Below are positions 25,701 to 38,945 of a stretch of DNA of 64,000 nt, piece after piece. The notes under the pieces were generated by a model. That model saw only the letters and a program-made list of their open reading frames with translations. It had not been told where the DNA came from and searched no databases. Where the stretch lies: NCBI RefSeq assembly GCF_964204645.1, contig NC_134035.1, forward strand, positions 1,240,001 to 1,304,000. Reading direction: 5' to 3'. Numbering within the stretch: the stretch's first letter is position 1; every line of letters begins with the position of its first letter. The position numbers were made by a program, and so were the translations under genes. This DNA is from Tubulanus polymorphus (Eukaryota; Animalia; Nemertea).

Positions 25701-27181
25701 ACCGCAAACAAACCCATTCTTGAGGCATTTATTTCAAATATGTAACTTAAAACTGTGAAAATATTTTCCAACTATTTTATATCGATATAAACGCTACTAT
25801 TTGAGATAATATTAGTATAGAATATCTATTTTTCTACATTAAAGGAACGGTTCTCAGTGTTCGATGTCTCGAATTCGGTCTCCTGGGCCTATGTGGGCGA
25901 AGGGTGGAGACTTGTCGTACCAATCGAAACATTGACGAACGTAAAGCCTCCAGTGTTTTTAATGTGATAAATCTATAGAATACATTGTCACAATAACCAC
26001 AATAATTCTCTTAGTAAATCGACGAGAAACAAACCATTTCATACAATGTTGGGAAAATTTTTACCTCAAGCTTAGAACTTCATGTGAATATTAGCATTCT
26101 CCTGCAATCTTAATTAGGTGCTGATTTCTAACTCGGAACTCGGATATCAGGACATCTACACAGCTACTATATCTGTACTTTGGTTTCCGATCTAAAAATC
26201 TAACCCCGATTCGCTCCCGGCGGATGTTACTGGTGGTTTTGTAAGGGACTCCAAACCAAAATCAAAGCCCCTGTTTCGCTCAGGGCAGGTGTGGTGGGCT
26301 TTAAGGGACGACACATCAAAACAAATCAAACGAAATCCCCCAATCAAATAAATAACAGGATCGATCCCAATCTTAAGATCAAACAGTCCTATACAGACAA
26401 CTCCTTGCGCAGTAACGGTCAATTCAAAAACCTGCTATAGTTACGCCATCAGAGCAGATCGCCAATTCATCATATATATCTAACTAAAAAATAAATACAG
26501 CTTTCAAGCGAATAGAAAGAAGAAAACGAGTGTTAAAACGAAATGCCTGTCGTCGATATGACATGCTCCCCACGGGGGAATCTAATACGTCCAACTGGGA
26601 GTCGTTTTAATGTAAACACATCACCAGTCGACGCGCGATACAGATGTATTTGATTCAATTACGAATAAGTGCAAAGTTTTCAACGCTCCGAATTATCACC
26701 GACTACGAATTAGCCGCGTTTCGAGGGTAATCAGCGCGAGGCCCGGCGTTAGTCGTAATGGATACGACTAAACAGCGGGCGGCCTCGCGGGACTCGAAAT
26801 CACACCGCGACAAAACGACGACGACGTCGATAAAAACGGTTTTTATTCGCGAAAACCAATCAAAAGTCAATTTGCGGCCGACGAACGACTCTCGATTTCG
26901 TAACATCGAAATGCGACGACTAAAAACGGTTAAAACAACGCGAATGTCTCGAACGAACGAATGCAGCACGGCGCGGCGCAATTTGGGACGACAACGAAAT
27001 AATGCTCAATTCAGTGCGCGCGCATTACGCGCTTAATTTCGCAATAAAAAAGACGATACAAATAAATACAAGCCACAGCAGCAGCAGCAGCAACAGCGAT
27101 GTTTCAAATAGGTTTTATTACGGCCGATTAGGGAGATGGGTTTTTCTGTGGAGTTTATGTCAGTGCTTTTAGAGAGAGCGA

Positions 27182-27218
<37 letters not shown>

Positions 27219-28023
27219 TTAACTGCAGAAGTGCTGAATAGGCACAATTTCGGTCAAACCCGCTTAATTCTGATCAGAATGATCCGTATTTTGATTTCAT
27301 GCGGATTTGAATATTACGAATAGTTCACCTATTACATAAATGCCCATAAAATGTGATATTCAATAAAGACTTCTCGTGAACTGGCTTAATTTCGTCGATC
27401 CTCTTCGTAACTCCGTAGATCCCTTTTGTAACTCAGTTTCTCTAACAACGGACTAGCAACCGATCGGATCAGGTGCTAGTGAGGCGACTACTGCGCGCAC
27501 ATCGACAGATTGAAGTAACAGATTGCGTGAAGCCGGTTTCTGTCATACGTCGAAAACTGCCTTGTAACTACAGTCGCATAAAAAAATTTGGCAAAACTCG
27601 GACAACTTTGTGTAGCATGGCAGATGCCATATCTACAGCCTGTACACGATGCGTTACCTTAGTAAATTTCATCTATACTTCATTGTTCTCAGTCGCGACT
27701 AAGATAATAGAAATAATAAGTCTTTTGTAAAACGCTATTCCGAAACGATACTAAAAGTCGAAATTGTAAAGCATCATTTACGAAGCGTATCACCATAAGT
27801 GAGTATAACCAGTTGCAGGCTGGAACTAGAGATAGATCGCCGCTTATCATTCGTTACCTAGCATACATCGATGAATATTCAAGCAACTGATTGTATCTAT
27901 CCAGCCAGTTCCTCTCATAAGCCGAAAACTGCCTTGCAAAGAGTTGTCATCAACATACCTGAGGCTTAAGATTCACTTGTTTAACGAATATCAAGATGAC
28001 TTCCTTAAAAAATGTCACTTTAC

Positions 28024-28258
28024 CTCAAACAGACAGGAAGACTTGAGTTACGACAGTGTCGTTTCTCCGCCAGTTGCGGACAATCGAGGCCGCCGTTCTC
28101 GGGCATTCGATCGATTTGTCGTCGTCGCGACTGGTCGCCCGGCAGGCCCGTCTGCCCGCCGTAACACGTCTGCGAACACGGCGACCACCCGGACCACGGC
28201 GACACCTGGCAGTCGCACGGTAAAACGCAAACTTCAGAACGCGGCGGTTCGTCGTGAC
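28024..28258 (-). CDS. THSD7: Third coding exon of the THSD7-like gene (F-spondin-type TSP1 repeat)
   Basis: Acceptor ttttctttcgatatttttcag| and donor GAG|gtaaag; 235 nt, phase 1 to phase 2, in frame with exon 2. Translates (G)HDEPPRSEVCVLPCDCQVSPWSGWSPCSQTCYGGQTGLPGDQSRRRQIDRMPENGGLDCPQLAEKRHCRNSSLPVCL, matching the C-x-x-PC-DC-x-VS-x-WS-x-WS-x-CS-x-TC pattern of THSD7 proteins. Confidence 0.9.
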
Positions 28259-29264
28259 CTGAAAAATATCGAAAGAAAAAAATGTTTATTTTTGTTGAAC
28301 TTCACGTTTGAAAACTGTTCATTTATACGTTTTGAATATTTTTACAAATTTTTTCATACAGTGTTGAATTTCCAGAAGATGGCTTAATCATAAACAGTAA
28401 CGGTTAACAAATTTCAGAAACAATCCCTCCCTGATAATCACAGGAGTTTTTGCGTTTATTATATTTCCTCCACTCGCAATGAACTCATCACATTACTTTC
28501 AAAGTATACACGACGACGATTATGACAAAATTCACCGGATTAATAAAATCAGATCGCGGTCATCGATGAATTTTGCTGTCAGAGATAACAACCAATCCTC
28601 ATATAGGAGAATATTCATCTCGAGTCAAAAACTCATCGTACGACTTTCAAAATATATAAAGACAGCGTTTCTAAAGGTTATGGCGAATTCACCGGATTAA
28701 TGTATCGCGATCGCCAGTGAATAGAGATACCCATGAATTTTGCCGTCAGAGATAACACACAATATACGGGTAGGAAAAAATTCATCAGGTTCAAGTCAAA
28801 AATAATCATTCAACTTGTCGTCGTATTTCCATCTGAATGTTACATCGCGAATATATATCATACAGTCAGCTGTGTACAGATTGAGTTTCTCTATTTAACT
28901 ATTCATTCCCGGCGTCGCCTCCGCTCTAAAATCATACATACATGAATGAGGATTATTATCAGAAAAGATAAGCTTTTCCGACACGACATTCGCTGCTGGT
29001 GGCGAGATTTTTCGGGCCGCGCGAAAGAATTGAATTTCAGCACTTTGTTCTCCGACGGGGAATATTAGTCGGGACATAGAATCTGCGCTTAAAGGCGTCA
29101 AATTGTAGGAAAATCAGTTTTTGTCTCAACCATATATTTGAATTATTTTCTACTAACTGCAAATCATACATAATAAGATCGTTATCTGAACAATTGGACA
29201 AAAAACAAAACCGGACTGGGTAATATTGTACCAACATTACACAAAGACGTTTACAGTTAGTGAA

Positions 29265-29573
29265 CCCTTTCAGTGTCTACACCGCAGTGCGGTGTATAAA
29301 TCGGTGTTTGACTTTGCTAATACACCGCATCGCAGTGTAAAGGCCCCAACTAGACTAAAAAAATATCAAACATGATAGATATTTGGCGAACGACAAAATG
29401 CGCTCGAAAAAGGCCCCCGCACACGAACTGAAAACTGCGCTGCGCCATTTGCGTACAAAGTTTTTGGCTCGTGTGCGGGGCCTTAATGATGCTAATAGTA
29501 GTAAGTTTTTATCTCAGGGAAGCGCTGACAGGGTAGACAAGAATTGTGCCAAAGTGGTTTGAAAGAAAGTTAA
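29265..29573 (+). mobile_element. piggyBac-like MITE F interrupted by a Harbinger-like MITE (29341-29483)
   Basis: Starts CCCTTTCAGTG. The insert AGGCCCC...GGGGCCT is flanked by TAA/TAA, after which host homology to about 56310 resumes (tgatg.ta.tagta). Confidence 0.65.
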
Positions 29574-32500
29574 CCCTTTCCATGCGGCTGCCTACATTTT
29601 CCGGCCACCAATTTTTGTGATATTTAATTGGCAAACATGTCTTGTTACACTTGAAAATATCACTGCTTTTTTGTTTCCCAATTCGAAGCTTGGTTTAAAA
29701 ATTGAAACCCACAAGACTTATGAGCCGAATAATCGAGATACATGATGTTCAGAAAAAAGCGTCAGTTCGGAATGGTTGAAAAAATGAGATATTCGCCCGA
29801 AGAGTTTTGATACAAAACGACGATGTTTAACGTAAACGCAGAAAACTTTACGCAATCATTTCGATGAACACGGACGGATCTCAGACAAAATAATACCTAG
29901 AGCTGTTTTGCTACGAGCAACTCGTATTCATCTTCAAACGAAACAAAAAAAACAACTCGCTGAAATCTATACTATTATTATATCCGATAACTAGCTATTT
30001 TACTATTGGTGAATACAATCCGTATCGATTTACTTCGGATATTCTCGATCGCACACCTAACCAACCTTAGTCATCAAAAACGTCTCGCGAAAAATAGAAA
30101 CACAATCATATTCGAAAAAAAGAGATGAAATCTACGATTGCTGATGATAACTTCTTCTTGTGAAAATTGTAACGCGCTGAAATATCACGCGTAATGTTTT
30201 TCAGAATTAATCAGTTTTCAAAAGGGGTTTCAATGCCTTTTACATCTCTGCGCAGTCGGTGATCGGTTTTCAAGAGGGTTTCTACACCTTAGACAAAATC
30301 AATTTTTCTCAAAATACACAAAGTCAAAACCATCCCTTCTCTGCATTTGATTCTACAGAGAAAAAAAGTATCTTGAATTTTCAAAGAAATGTGTGGTAAG
30401 TGTAAATGTAAGTGACCACCCTGTTTCGGGCTACTGTGGCTAGTAAGTAAGTGGCCATCCCGACTATAGACAGTCGCTCTTGTATCAAACTGTTTTTGCT
30501 GTCACCTCACTGCAGTTTTATCATCACCGATAGGATATAAAGGAACTAGTGTGGACAATCAGGTTGATTAATCCAGGTGAAATGGGCCGCGTTGAACCCA
30601 CCCGGGATCACAGGAAATAACATTCATCGCCGACTGTAACCTCTGAACAATGTGTAGATAAAACTAATAGTCACAATGATGATAGCATTCATTACACTAC
30701 TGGTCATTCTTGAGTGTCAGACAGTGTACACTCCTAGTTCGCTGGACTAAAGAAAAAAAAGAAGGGCAGCCTACGCAGCAAACTCGGGATATCCTCACTT
30801 GCCAGGGTTTGATTGTCGCCACAATAGATGCATTGCTTTTCATCGGCTTCGCTCTTATCAATACCACACTTACGATTGGCTAGATATATAGACTGGTTGG
30901 CGCTGAGCGGCATCCAGTCCGCCCAAGAAGTCGTGGGCAGTGTGATAAACCAATGAATGATCTGCCCTCAGCAGGGGACGACGATCAAACTTTGGCAAGC
31001 GAGGATGACTTGAGAAACCAGGCTTAATTAAATGAAGATATCTAACAAGATTATACCAGTCTGGTCCAGGCAACCTACTGTTAAGTAGTGCAGTGATCAT
31101 CCTGCCGAACTAGGCTTGTATAACCAATTAGATGATGGCCATCTTTCCGGCAAACCTATAAAGCGCGCAGGGCTTTACTTACCGGTATATAAAGCAACAC
31201 GATGACAATTTAAACATAAACGTTGGTGGCACTGATACACATTCATATATACATCATCAGACACAATACGCACGTATATAAACACAACAGAAAATCAATT
31301 TATTGAAATTCTTTGATTTATCACGAAACGAAAGACGTCGTCGTCATTGTCGTCGTATCGAGCGTAATTGTTATCCTCGACGACGGTGAATATAAACGGT
31401 TTCTCGATTAAGGGAGCGGTCGGTCGTGCGCGCGCTAGGCTCGTAATGTTTGTTAATTAGTGCTTTCATTAACGACGAGAACAATGCTGTAAATACCTAG
31501 CAGCAGCAGCAGCGACGGGGAAAGCACGCGGCGGCGGCGTTGATGATATTATTGTTGTTGTTATTGACGTTGAGAGTGATAAAAGAACAATCAGTCGATG
31601 GTTTATTATCATTCCGCAGCCGTATGCGCGGAATATATATACGCGGCTAATTCGATTGATTATCGCGAAGAAGATTTCCTGAAAAGGCAGACGGTGAGGG
31701 GCGAATTTCTATGAAATCATGGCTACGGGAATAAAGGCGGTTCAACAAGCGCAAACGTTCTAGAGAAAGAATGGCATAAAGCGATCGAGAACTGTAAGGA
31801 CAGATTGAGGTCGGCCATCTTAAGCCTAGCGTACATCGAACTAGCAACTGACCATATCCAGTTGCAAGTGAATGAGTACCCAGGTCATATCAAAAATCTA
31901 GCAAAACTGCATGGCTCGTGCTGGTCTCTAGATCCACAGCGCGTATATCGACAGCAACTGAGATGTGTTATAGCGGATATAACCGTAACTCGAGTACAAC
32001 CAGTCGCTCAAAAGTAGAACATGAGCAACTGGCTGGAACTGGAGCTAGATCCAGTCCCACCCAGTTGCATATCAGATCGTCGCTTACCGGTCATAACCTA
32101 GCGTACTTGTCATATTTTATATGCATTTTAGGCTGAATAAATTATCAAATGTCATCATAACCATCAAAGAATAGACAAAATTTTTCGTCAAACATGGTGT
32201 CTATACTCTACTTTGAATAATCACCCTATCAATAAACAAGGTATTTCATCAATTGGGGGGAAGGGGGCAGTGGTGTTGTGGGATTTATATTCTAGTTCGA
32301 ATACCTTCACATTAAACGCAGACACAAAGCAATATTTCCACTTGAAAACAGAAAAACCTTTCTCCCGATCAATACGCGAAACAGCTTTGTTATTTTTTTC
32401 AACGCACGGTTTAGATCCTCAGCTGAAAACTTTACCAAGTGCTAGATACCGCACCCAATTTATTTCAAGTGTACGATCGCCGGGGGCGTTCGATTTTGAA

Positions 32501-32814
32501 AGTTATATCGACGTCTTTTCAAACGCGCGGAGAACGCGCCTAAAACGAGCTCAAGTTATAACGACTAAGTGACTTCTTTTTTTTTCAAACTGCCACGCGA
32601 CCGACCGCGACAATTCGATAAACCAATATTTACTAGCGGTAGTAAACTTGTATCGAATTGCCGCCACGCGCGCGCGAGCATGCATTAGCGACGCGTTTGA
32701 TTCACCACAACAATCGATGCGCGATTTTTTTCGTCGTTGTCGTCGCGTTGTCGTTCGATAGAATTTTCACACGTGGAAACGTTAAAGACGGATGTGGATG
32801 AAAAACGTGAGTCG

Positions 32815-32912
32815 ACAAACACTGATATGTGTCCTGCCTGAATAGCATGGTTTTACCAGGATTCGAACCCTCTCGGTTGTGAGTCAAACACCTTATCCAC
32901 CATGCCACAGGA
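32815..32912 (-). mobile_element. tRNA-derived SINE head
   Basis: Minus strand: A box TGGCATGGTGG and B box GGTTCGAATCC; no complete cloverleaf. A truncated MITE A follows at about 32985-33103. Confidence 0.55.
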
Positions 32913-33869
32913 CTGGACGATTATGCCGAATTTGATGCAGCAGGCATTTATCAGTTCTTGTGAGGAGTTCTTTCATAGTCAAGGCTCAAGACTAAAGCGG
33001 TCTTACATCTCTGTAGACCGGTCTTAAGTTGTAAGATTGGCTAAAGGACTAAGATGGTCTTAGACATTATTTTAGTCTAAGCCCTGACTATGAAACCGGC
33101 CCCCGGGGCCTTAAACTACAGGGAGCCATGTGGAAACAACTGTTGACTCATAATCACTACACTACTGATAATGATTCGCAATAATTGAGCGATGTTTAGG
33201 ATGATTCGACGAATTAACGATAAATCTATTAACGACGAACAGAAATACATTCGGGGATTGTAAACTAGGTTCTGATCGAGTTTGCGCCGCTGTCGAGCGA
33301 GAAGATGATTCATGAATTATAATCGCATGTTTTTCATCATCCATATTTACAGTATGCACCGTATTATTACTCAACAATTAATGACTCATTTAAAACAATG
33401 GCTGTAAAATTCTTCCATCGCAGATCTGTGCGCATAAACAGCGATCACGGAGACGCTCTGCTCTGTCTCTATCATAGATCTGTGCAGATCAGCAACTATC
33501 ACTTGGAGACATTCTGGTCTGCGTCATTGCTATCGAACCAAGGTAAATCACTTACTGAACCAATTACTGGTAATATCAATAATTTGACCCATCCTAAAAT
33601 TTGGCACATACCTGGTCCGATCTATGGTGGGGCAAAATATGGATGATATAAGTAAAACAGGCACGGCCCATTTGGCACCAGCGTGATCGGTTGGCCCAAT
33701 TGGGCAAAATCAACCATGTGATCACGGGTTTCAGCGGGCGCTAGTTTGGAGTAGAGTATTTTAGTATCAGTGATCAGTGACACTGATCAGTAGCTTGATT
33801 TTAGAAGAGTTCTTGCTTTAACGCTTTTAAAAACTGAATCCATACAAACGAATCCGGATGCCTCATTAA

Positions 33870-34160
33870 AATGACAGAGAGTGAGAAAGAGAGGAATGTG
33901 AGAAGGGAAAAGGGATAGGGAGATAGAGGGAGAGATAGAGGGAGAGATAGAGGGAGAGATAGAGGGAAAGAGAGAGGGAGAGAGGGAGAGGGAGAGGGAG
34001 GGAGAGAGGAGAGAGAGGAGAGAGAGGAGAGAGAGGAGAGAGGGAGGAGGGAGAGGGAGAGAGAGGGAGAGAGAGGGAGAGGGAGGGGGAGGGAGGGAGA
34101 GGGAGAGAGAGGGAGAGAGGGAGAGAGGGAGGGAGAGAGGGAGGGAGGGAGGGAGGGAGG

Positions 34161-34196
<36 letters not shown>

Positions 34197-34202
34197 GAGA
34201 GG
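33870..34202. repeat. GA-rich polypurine simple repeat
   Basis: Nearly pure A/G tract. Similar CT- or GA-rich tracts at 39570-39725, 48400-48490 and 54660-54975. Confidence 0.95.
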
Positions 34203-34733
34203 ATGTTTAAACAGTTATTTACAGAAGTGGTTGTGTTAATCTGACACGTAAACATATTGATAATCTACTCTCAAATTAATTCACCATCACTCTACTGCTG
34301 CTGCCGCTGCTGCTGTCTCTTCCGACAGTCTCATAGCACCGTGATTAAAATTCTCGTGCGGTTTTTCTATCGGATTTTTCGAAAATTAACAGTAAAGTGA
34401 AATATTAGACTTCGCGCGATGTTTAAAAAAAAAAAACGTTAAGTAAATCAGACTTATTCGGGGGGAGGGGAGGGGGTTGGGATTAGTACACATTTCCGAT
34501 TTAAACTCGTTATTTGTTGGTAGATTTTGTTCCATAGAATCTGGTAGGAATTCCAACATTGTTGTGTCATTGTGCACCAACCCGCGCAGTCTAAAAACAC
34601 CGAATCAAACATGTTCGATTTCGGAAACATCTTTTGCCCGAAATCGTTTCTCGTTTCTCGTTTCTCGACTCTCTCATTAACAATTCGTCTTAAAATTTGT
34701 GCAAATACCAGAGACAAGAAACGCAAACAACCC

Positions 34734-35018
34734 CTAGCCGCTATCACATGGGAACGATTTGGTCCGGGCCAAAATGGCATGGATCAGGCCGAATTTGGCC
34801 TGTGCCTAATTTTAGTGTTTGTTCACACATGTACCACTCACTAGATGCTTTCGCAAAGCGAAGCGAGTCCTTTTTACAAACAGTTGTAATTCACACGCAA
34901 AAATTTGACCTGTGCTGAAATTTAGCTTGGGCCTGGTCGGATGTTTTTGGTCAGACCAAATTTGGCATCCGTTTGAATAGTTGTTCTGGGTCAGGAACGT
35001 TCATGCTGATCGCGGCTA
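34734..35018. mobile_element. MITE family H
   Basis: TAGCCGCTATCA ... TGATCGCGGCTA inverted ends. Confidence 0.65.
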
Positions 35019-35924
35019 ATGACTTCATACCTAACTGCAGTTGATTGTTAGTTTATAACTGTCTGGTTTAACGACGCTTTATCAGCGCGGACATTGATCG
35101 CATTTCCACCTGACGTCGTCGCTCGGCAGCGCGAAGATGAGTGCGCGGGGAATCTATCGACGATTCGCTCCGTCGATTCGAACTAACGCGGTTAACGGCG
35201 ACTGTATTTATCGCCGACGGCGATTAGAGCAGTCGAAGAAAAGACGAGTAAGAAGCCCATCGAGGAACGCCGCGAAACCATGACCGGCATTCATCACCGA
35301 TCATTATTCACGACCGGCATTCATCACCGATCGTTATTAACGACTATCTGGTGAAGTTAACGTTCAGCCTCGATTAATCAAACTCGGTCACTCGGCAGAT
35401 AACTGAGTTACGTCGTCGTCGACGCGAAGAGACGTAGGCGATTTACTACTGTTGTCACTTGACGGATGACTGCAGACAGATTACATAACCCTCGACACCC
35501 CCTCGATATTCAGACACACTCCTCAACACTCAGACACACTCCAAAACACCCCTCAACACTCAAACACACTCCTCAACACCTAGAGTAGATATATTCCTCA
35601 ACACCTAGATATATTCCTCAACAAACCCACAATATTCAGACACACTCCTCAACACCTAGATATAATCCTCAACACTCCCACGACACTTAGACACTCCTCA
35701 ATGCCCCCTTAACACTCAGACACACTCCTGAGAGCCCAGTCTCGTGCGGCAGGGTTTCGTACCATAGTGGGTCTCGATGCCATCAGGTTAGAATCCCTAC
35801 CAGGAGGTGGATCCATAATGATTCCATGATTATATTCAATGTCAAATTCTCTGAGCCTTAACTCAAAATATCAGTTCGAATAACAACTTTTTCAAAGTTG
35901 CCAGTTTTTTCTACGTAAACTTAC

Positions 35925-36030
35925 CTTTTCTGTTCAAGCAGTGTTTACGAAGGACTTGTTTGCCGCGTCTGTTCGTACAGGTAACCGCTCGAAATCTTAA
36001 ACCAGTTCCGCAAGTAGTCGACTCCGGAGT
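35925..36030 (-). CDS. THSD7: Second coding exon of the THSD7-like gene (not in the ORF track)
   Basis: Acceptor tattttgtccacag| and donor AAG|gtaagt; 106 nt, phase 0 to phase 1. Translates TPESTTCGTGLRFRAVTCTNRRGKQVLRKHCLNRK, completing the WTSC...CGxGxxxRxVxC TSP1 motif started in the previous exon. Confidence 0.9.
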
Positions 36031-36889
36031 CTGTGGACAAAATATACAAAAAATATCTCAATAAAAATAGCATTATCCAAATTCCTGAGTTTTCCAGAAT
36101 TTTGGTAAATTTTTCGAATTTCCGGAGTTTTCCCAGATTTTTTCTTGAGATTTTTCTGATTCCCTAAGTTTTCCCGGTTTTCCAGGTCAAGGATGTGGGC
36201 AGAGCAGACCTAAAAAACCCACGACTGAAAATAAACCTGTATAGGGATGTAAACGTTTTGACTCAAATTCTTCGAGCCATTTTCATTGACTCAATTGCTA
36301 TGTTTTCATAAAACAGTTTTTCTTCAAACGTGGGTTTTAATGCGTGAACAGAATTAGACAGTGACTTGTCTAGGAAAAACCAAGCTGTCTAGCTGTCGCG
36401 GGGTTGGGAGGGTTGGAGATCACCTCGATCGAATGACTATAATAATGATGACGACGACTACGCGGTCTTTATCGAGCGTTGTTTATCTCGTAAAACCTGG
36501 CCGGACCGGTTGTCGTCGGCGGCAGCGAGTTGTAAAGATATCTCGACGATCGATCGCGACATCGTCGTTCGATCGGGCGTATAAGACGCGGCGGTGGCAG
36601 ACGTCATCGATAAACGGTGCTGTGTCGCGCGGTCGTCAATGGTGATTGTTTTAGCAAACGAGCTGTAGAGAGATTGTATTTATCGACGAGGTTCATTAGG
36701 TTTTTCATTTAATCCGATATACACTATACATATATACATACATATATACATAGCCTGATTGCAATTTTCTTTACTGCCAGACGGATGCACACCTCCCTCC
36801 TCCCTCTCTGTTCTCCCTCTACGTGAAATGTTTAGAGATCTATAATCAGAACTATCTGTTCACATACTAGAGCAGCATCGAGCGCTTAG

Positions 36890-37180
36890 TGTCCTACTGC
36901 ACGCCAGCGCACCTAGTGGATCCTCACTTGCCACGAGTGGAATCCGTTATTGCCACAGTGGTTGATGCCTTACTGCACGCTGGCATACCTAGATCCTCAC
37001 TTGCCCCAAGTGGAATCCTCTAATGCTAAGGTGTCTGATGTCTTACAGCACACTAGCGACACCTGGTAGATCCTCATTTGCCACAAATGGAATCCTCGAC
37101 TGCCAGAGTAGTTGATATCCTACTGCACACTAAGACCCTATAGACCACCTGGTGGAACATCACTTGCCACAGTAGCATTG
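36890..37180 (-). repeat. Minisatellite family D, about 4 units, reverse orientation, just downstream of the coding exon 1 donor
   Basis: gatcctcacttgccac.agtggaatcc repeated. Confidence 0.85.
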
Positions 37181-37242
37181 TCAATACGCTATTGCAAACT
37201 ATTTCGATTACCTTATTTTGATTGCCCAATTTTTGTACGTAC

Positions 37243-37773
37243 CTTGCGACAACTGGTCCACTCGCCGACCTTCCACTGGTGTCGAGGTCGTTGATCTCGA
37301 CAGTGTTTCTCGCGGCGACAATGTTCTATTTCTATCGTCGTATTGCACTCGGCTCCGCGCGGGTCGGCCGCGACTAGAATCTGTCGTCGCCGATACTTCC
37401 GCGCTTTACGACACCCACCGACGCAGTGCGACCACGGGCCCCAGTGCGTCATCACGCAACTCTGCGGACACTCGTCGCACGACTCGGTCATTGCCGGGCG
37501 TTTGAGCCCGTTACAGTAACGCGCCGGAACCGGTAACGAGTTCGATTTCTTGGCGCATTGTACGACGCGTTCGCGTAGACAAGCGCCGCAACAGTCCGGA
37601 CTGTGTCGCCGCTCACAGTCCGTCCAGTTCGTCGTCGTCCACACGAACTCTTTGATGAAATCGTTTTTCGCCATGAACTGCGTGTAGGATCTCGAGCCGG
37701 CGTCCGTCGCCGCCGCTATTAATACAACAATCACTCCCACGCACCATAGCAACCAGTTTAAAGTCATCTTCAT
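37243..37773 (-). CDS. THSD7: First coding exon of a THSD7A/B-like thrombospondin type-1 repeat protein (signal peptide plus first TSP1 domains)
   Basis: ATG at 37773; hydrophobic signal peptide (MKMTLNWLLWCVGVIVVLIAAATDA); TSP1 motifs WTTTNWTDC...CLRERVVQC, CVMTHWGPWSHC...RRRQIL and WKVGEWTSC. Donor AAG|gtacgt after 37243 (177 codons, phase 0). An upstream acceptor (ttttactcattgtag|) puts the exon start at 37833. Confidence 0.9.
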
Positions 37774-38173
37774 GACGATCGCGCGTTGATCAATGCCTCA
37801 CGTAACATCTTCAATATGTGATTTCAGCGCCACCTACAATGAGTAAAATAACGGAAATCTCATTCGATGAAAAACTGCTCATCACAATTATTATCATGAT
37901 ATTGATAATCATTATCATCATCGTCATTATTTTTCATTTTTGGTGCCCTATTCAGTGTTAGACGCTTCTTTAAGGCGCTAACAATGTTCAAAAAAGTACA
38001 TTTACCAGAAGGAAAAGTTTTCGTAAAAACTGTCAAAAACATTTTATAGGTATACTTTATAAGTGCACATATCTATCTAGTAAATACAGACATATGCGGC
38101 TTATACATATAATAAGAACTTTTAAATTTGACAGTATGAAGACTGTTGGTGAGGTCTCATTATGAGTGTTTAC

Positions 38174-38480
38174 CTACACATATCTAGAATTCCCCTTCTA
38201 CACTCTACAGAGAACAAGCACTCGCACCAAATACCGACAATTTTAAGTTCCCTTTTTTTCGAATGAACCCGCTCTGAACCCGGGCCAAGACAAGATGTCT
38301 GCGCGAAGACCGAGTACTTGAGAGCGCGCGCGAGCCCGTACAATCCATTTAGTCGTCGAAGCCTTACAAACGTATCCCTCGGTAACGTCATCGTCGGCCC
38401 GGTGCTCTCGACATTCCGAACACGATCGCGTTGAAGTTCGCTTTAATTGTTTCCCCCGAAACAAAAGTCAGATTTAGTTA
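38174..38480 (-). promoter_or_regulatory. Candidate non-coding first exon / promoter patch of the THSD7-like gene
   Basis: The acceptor at 37833 requires an upstream exon. A minus-strand donor-like site (GTAG|gtaaac) lies at 38174, next to a CpG-rich patch, with an AT-rich 340-bp putative intron between. The 5' end is undefined. Confidence 0.3.
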
Positions 38481-38600
38481 CATCGCCGGGTAAACAAAAC
38501 GATGATCTCTTGAAAAACTACCGGCGCAAATAAAACTATTCTATTCAATACGTGATTTAACCCTTTACGTTTCATCTGAATAATTCATAAAAAACAAAAC

Positions 38601-38727
38601 CTAGCTGCTCAAAAGTTGGTTAGAGTTAACCAATGGATATTTGACGCTGTGACAATTGAAAGTTCATTATTACTATATGGTATTCATCCACCGGTTATCT
38701 TTAACCAACTTTTGAGCAACTGACCCC
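38601..38727. mobile_element. MITE family B (GGGxCAGTTGCTCAAAAGTTGGTTA TIR)
   Basis: gctcaaaagttggtta / taaccaacttttgagc inverted ends; a related copy is at about 60650-60918. Confidence 0.65.
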
Positions 38728-38799
38728 TCTACCTGTTAGTTTTTTCCTATTCACGTTTTGAATTCAACAGTCTGCCCCTCCCCCAAACAACTAGACCTG

Positions 38800-38945
38800 G
38801 GGCCGGTTGCATAGTCATGGCTTAGACTTAAGAACCCCGACCAGTCTAAGACCAACTTGGTTCTATAGCCAATCTAACAACTGAAGACCAGTCTTAAGAT
38901 TTAAGACCACTTTTGAACTTAAGTCACGACTATGCAACCCGGCCC
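38800..38945. mobile_element. MITE family A
   Basis: GGGCCGGTTGCATAGTC ... GACTATGCAACCCGGCCC flanked by CTG/CAG. Confidence 0.85.

Noticed and set aside
27944-28387. 147-aa plus-strand ORF (likewise 37218-37505)
   Set aside because: Antisense shadow of the GC-rich THSD7-like exons.
33866-34255. Ser/Leu/Pro-rich ORF
   Set aside because: Translation of a GA/CT simple repeat.
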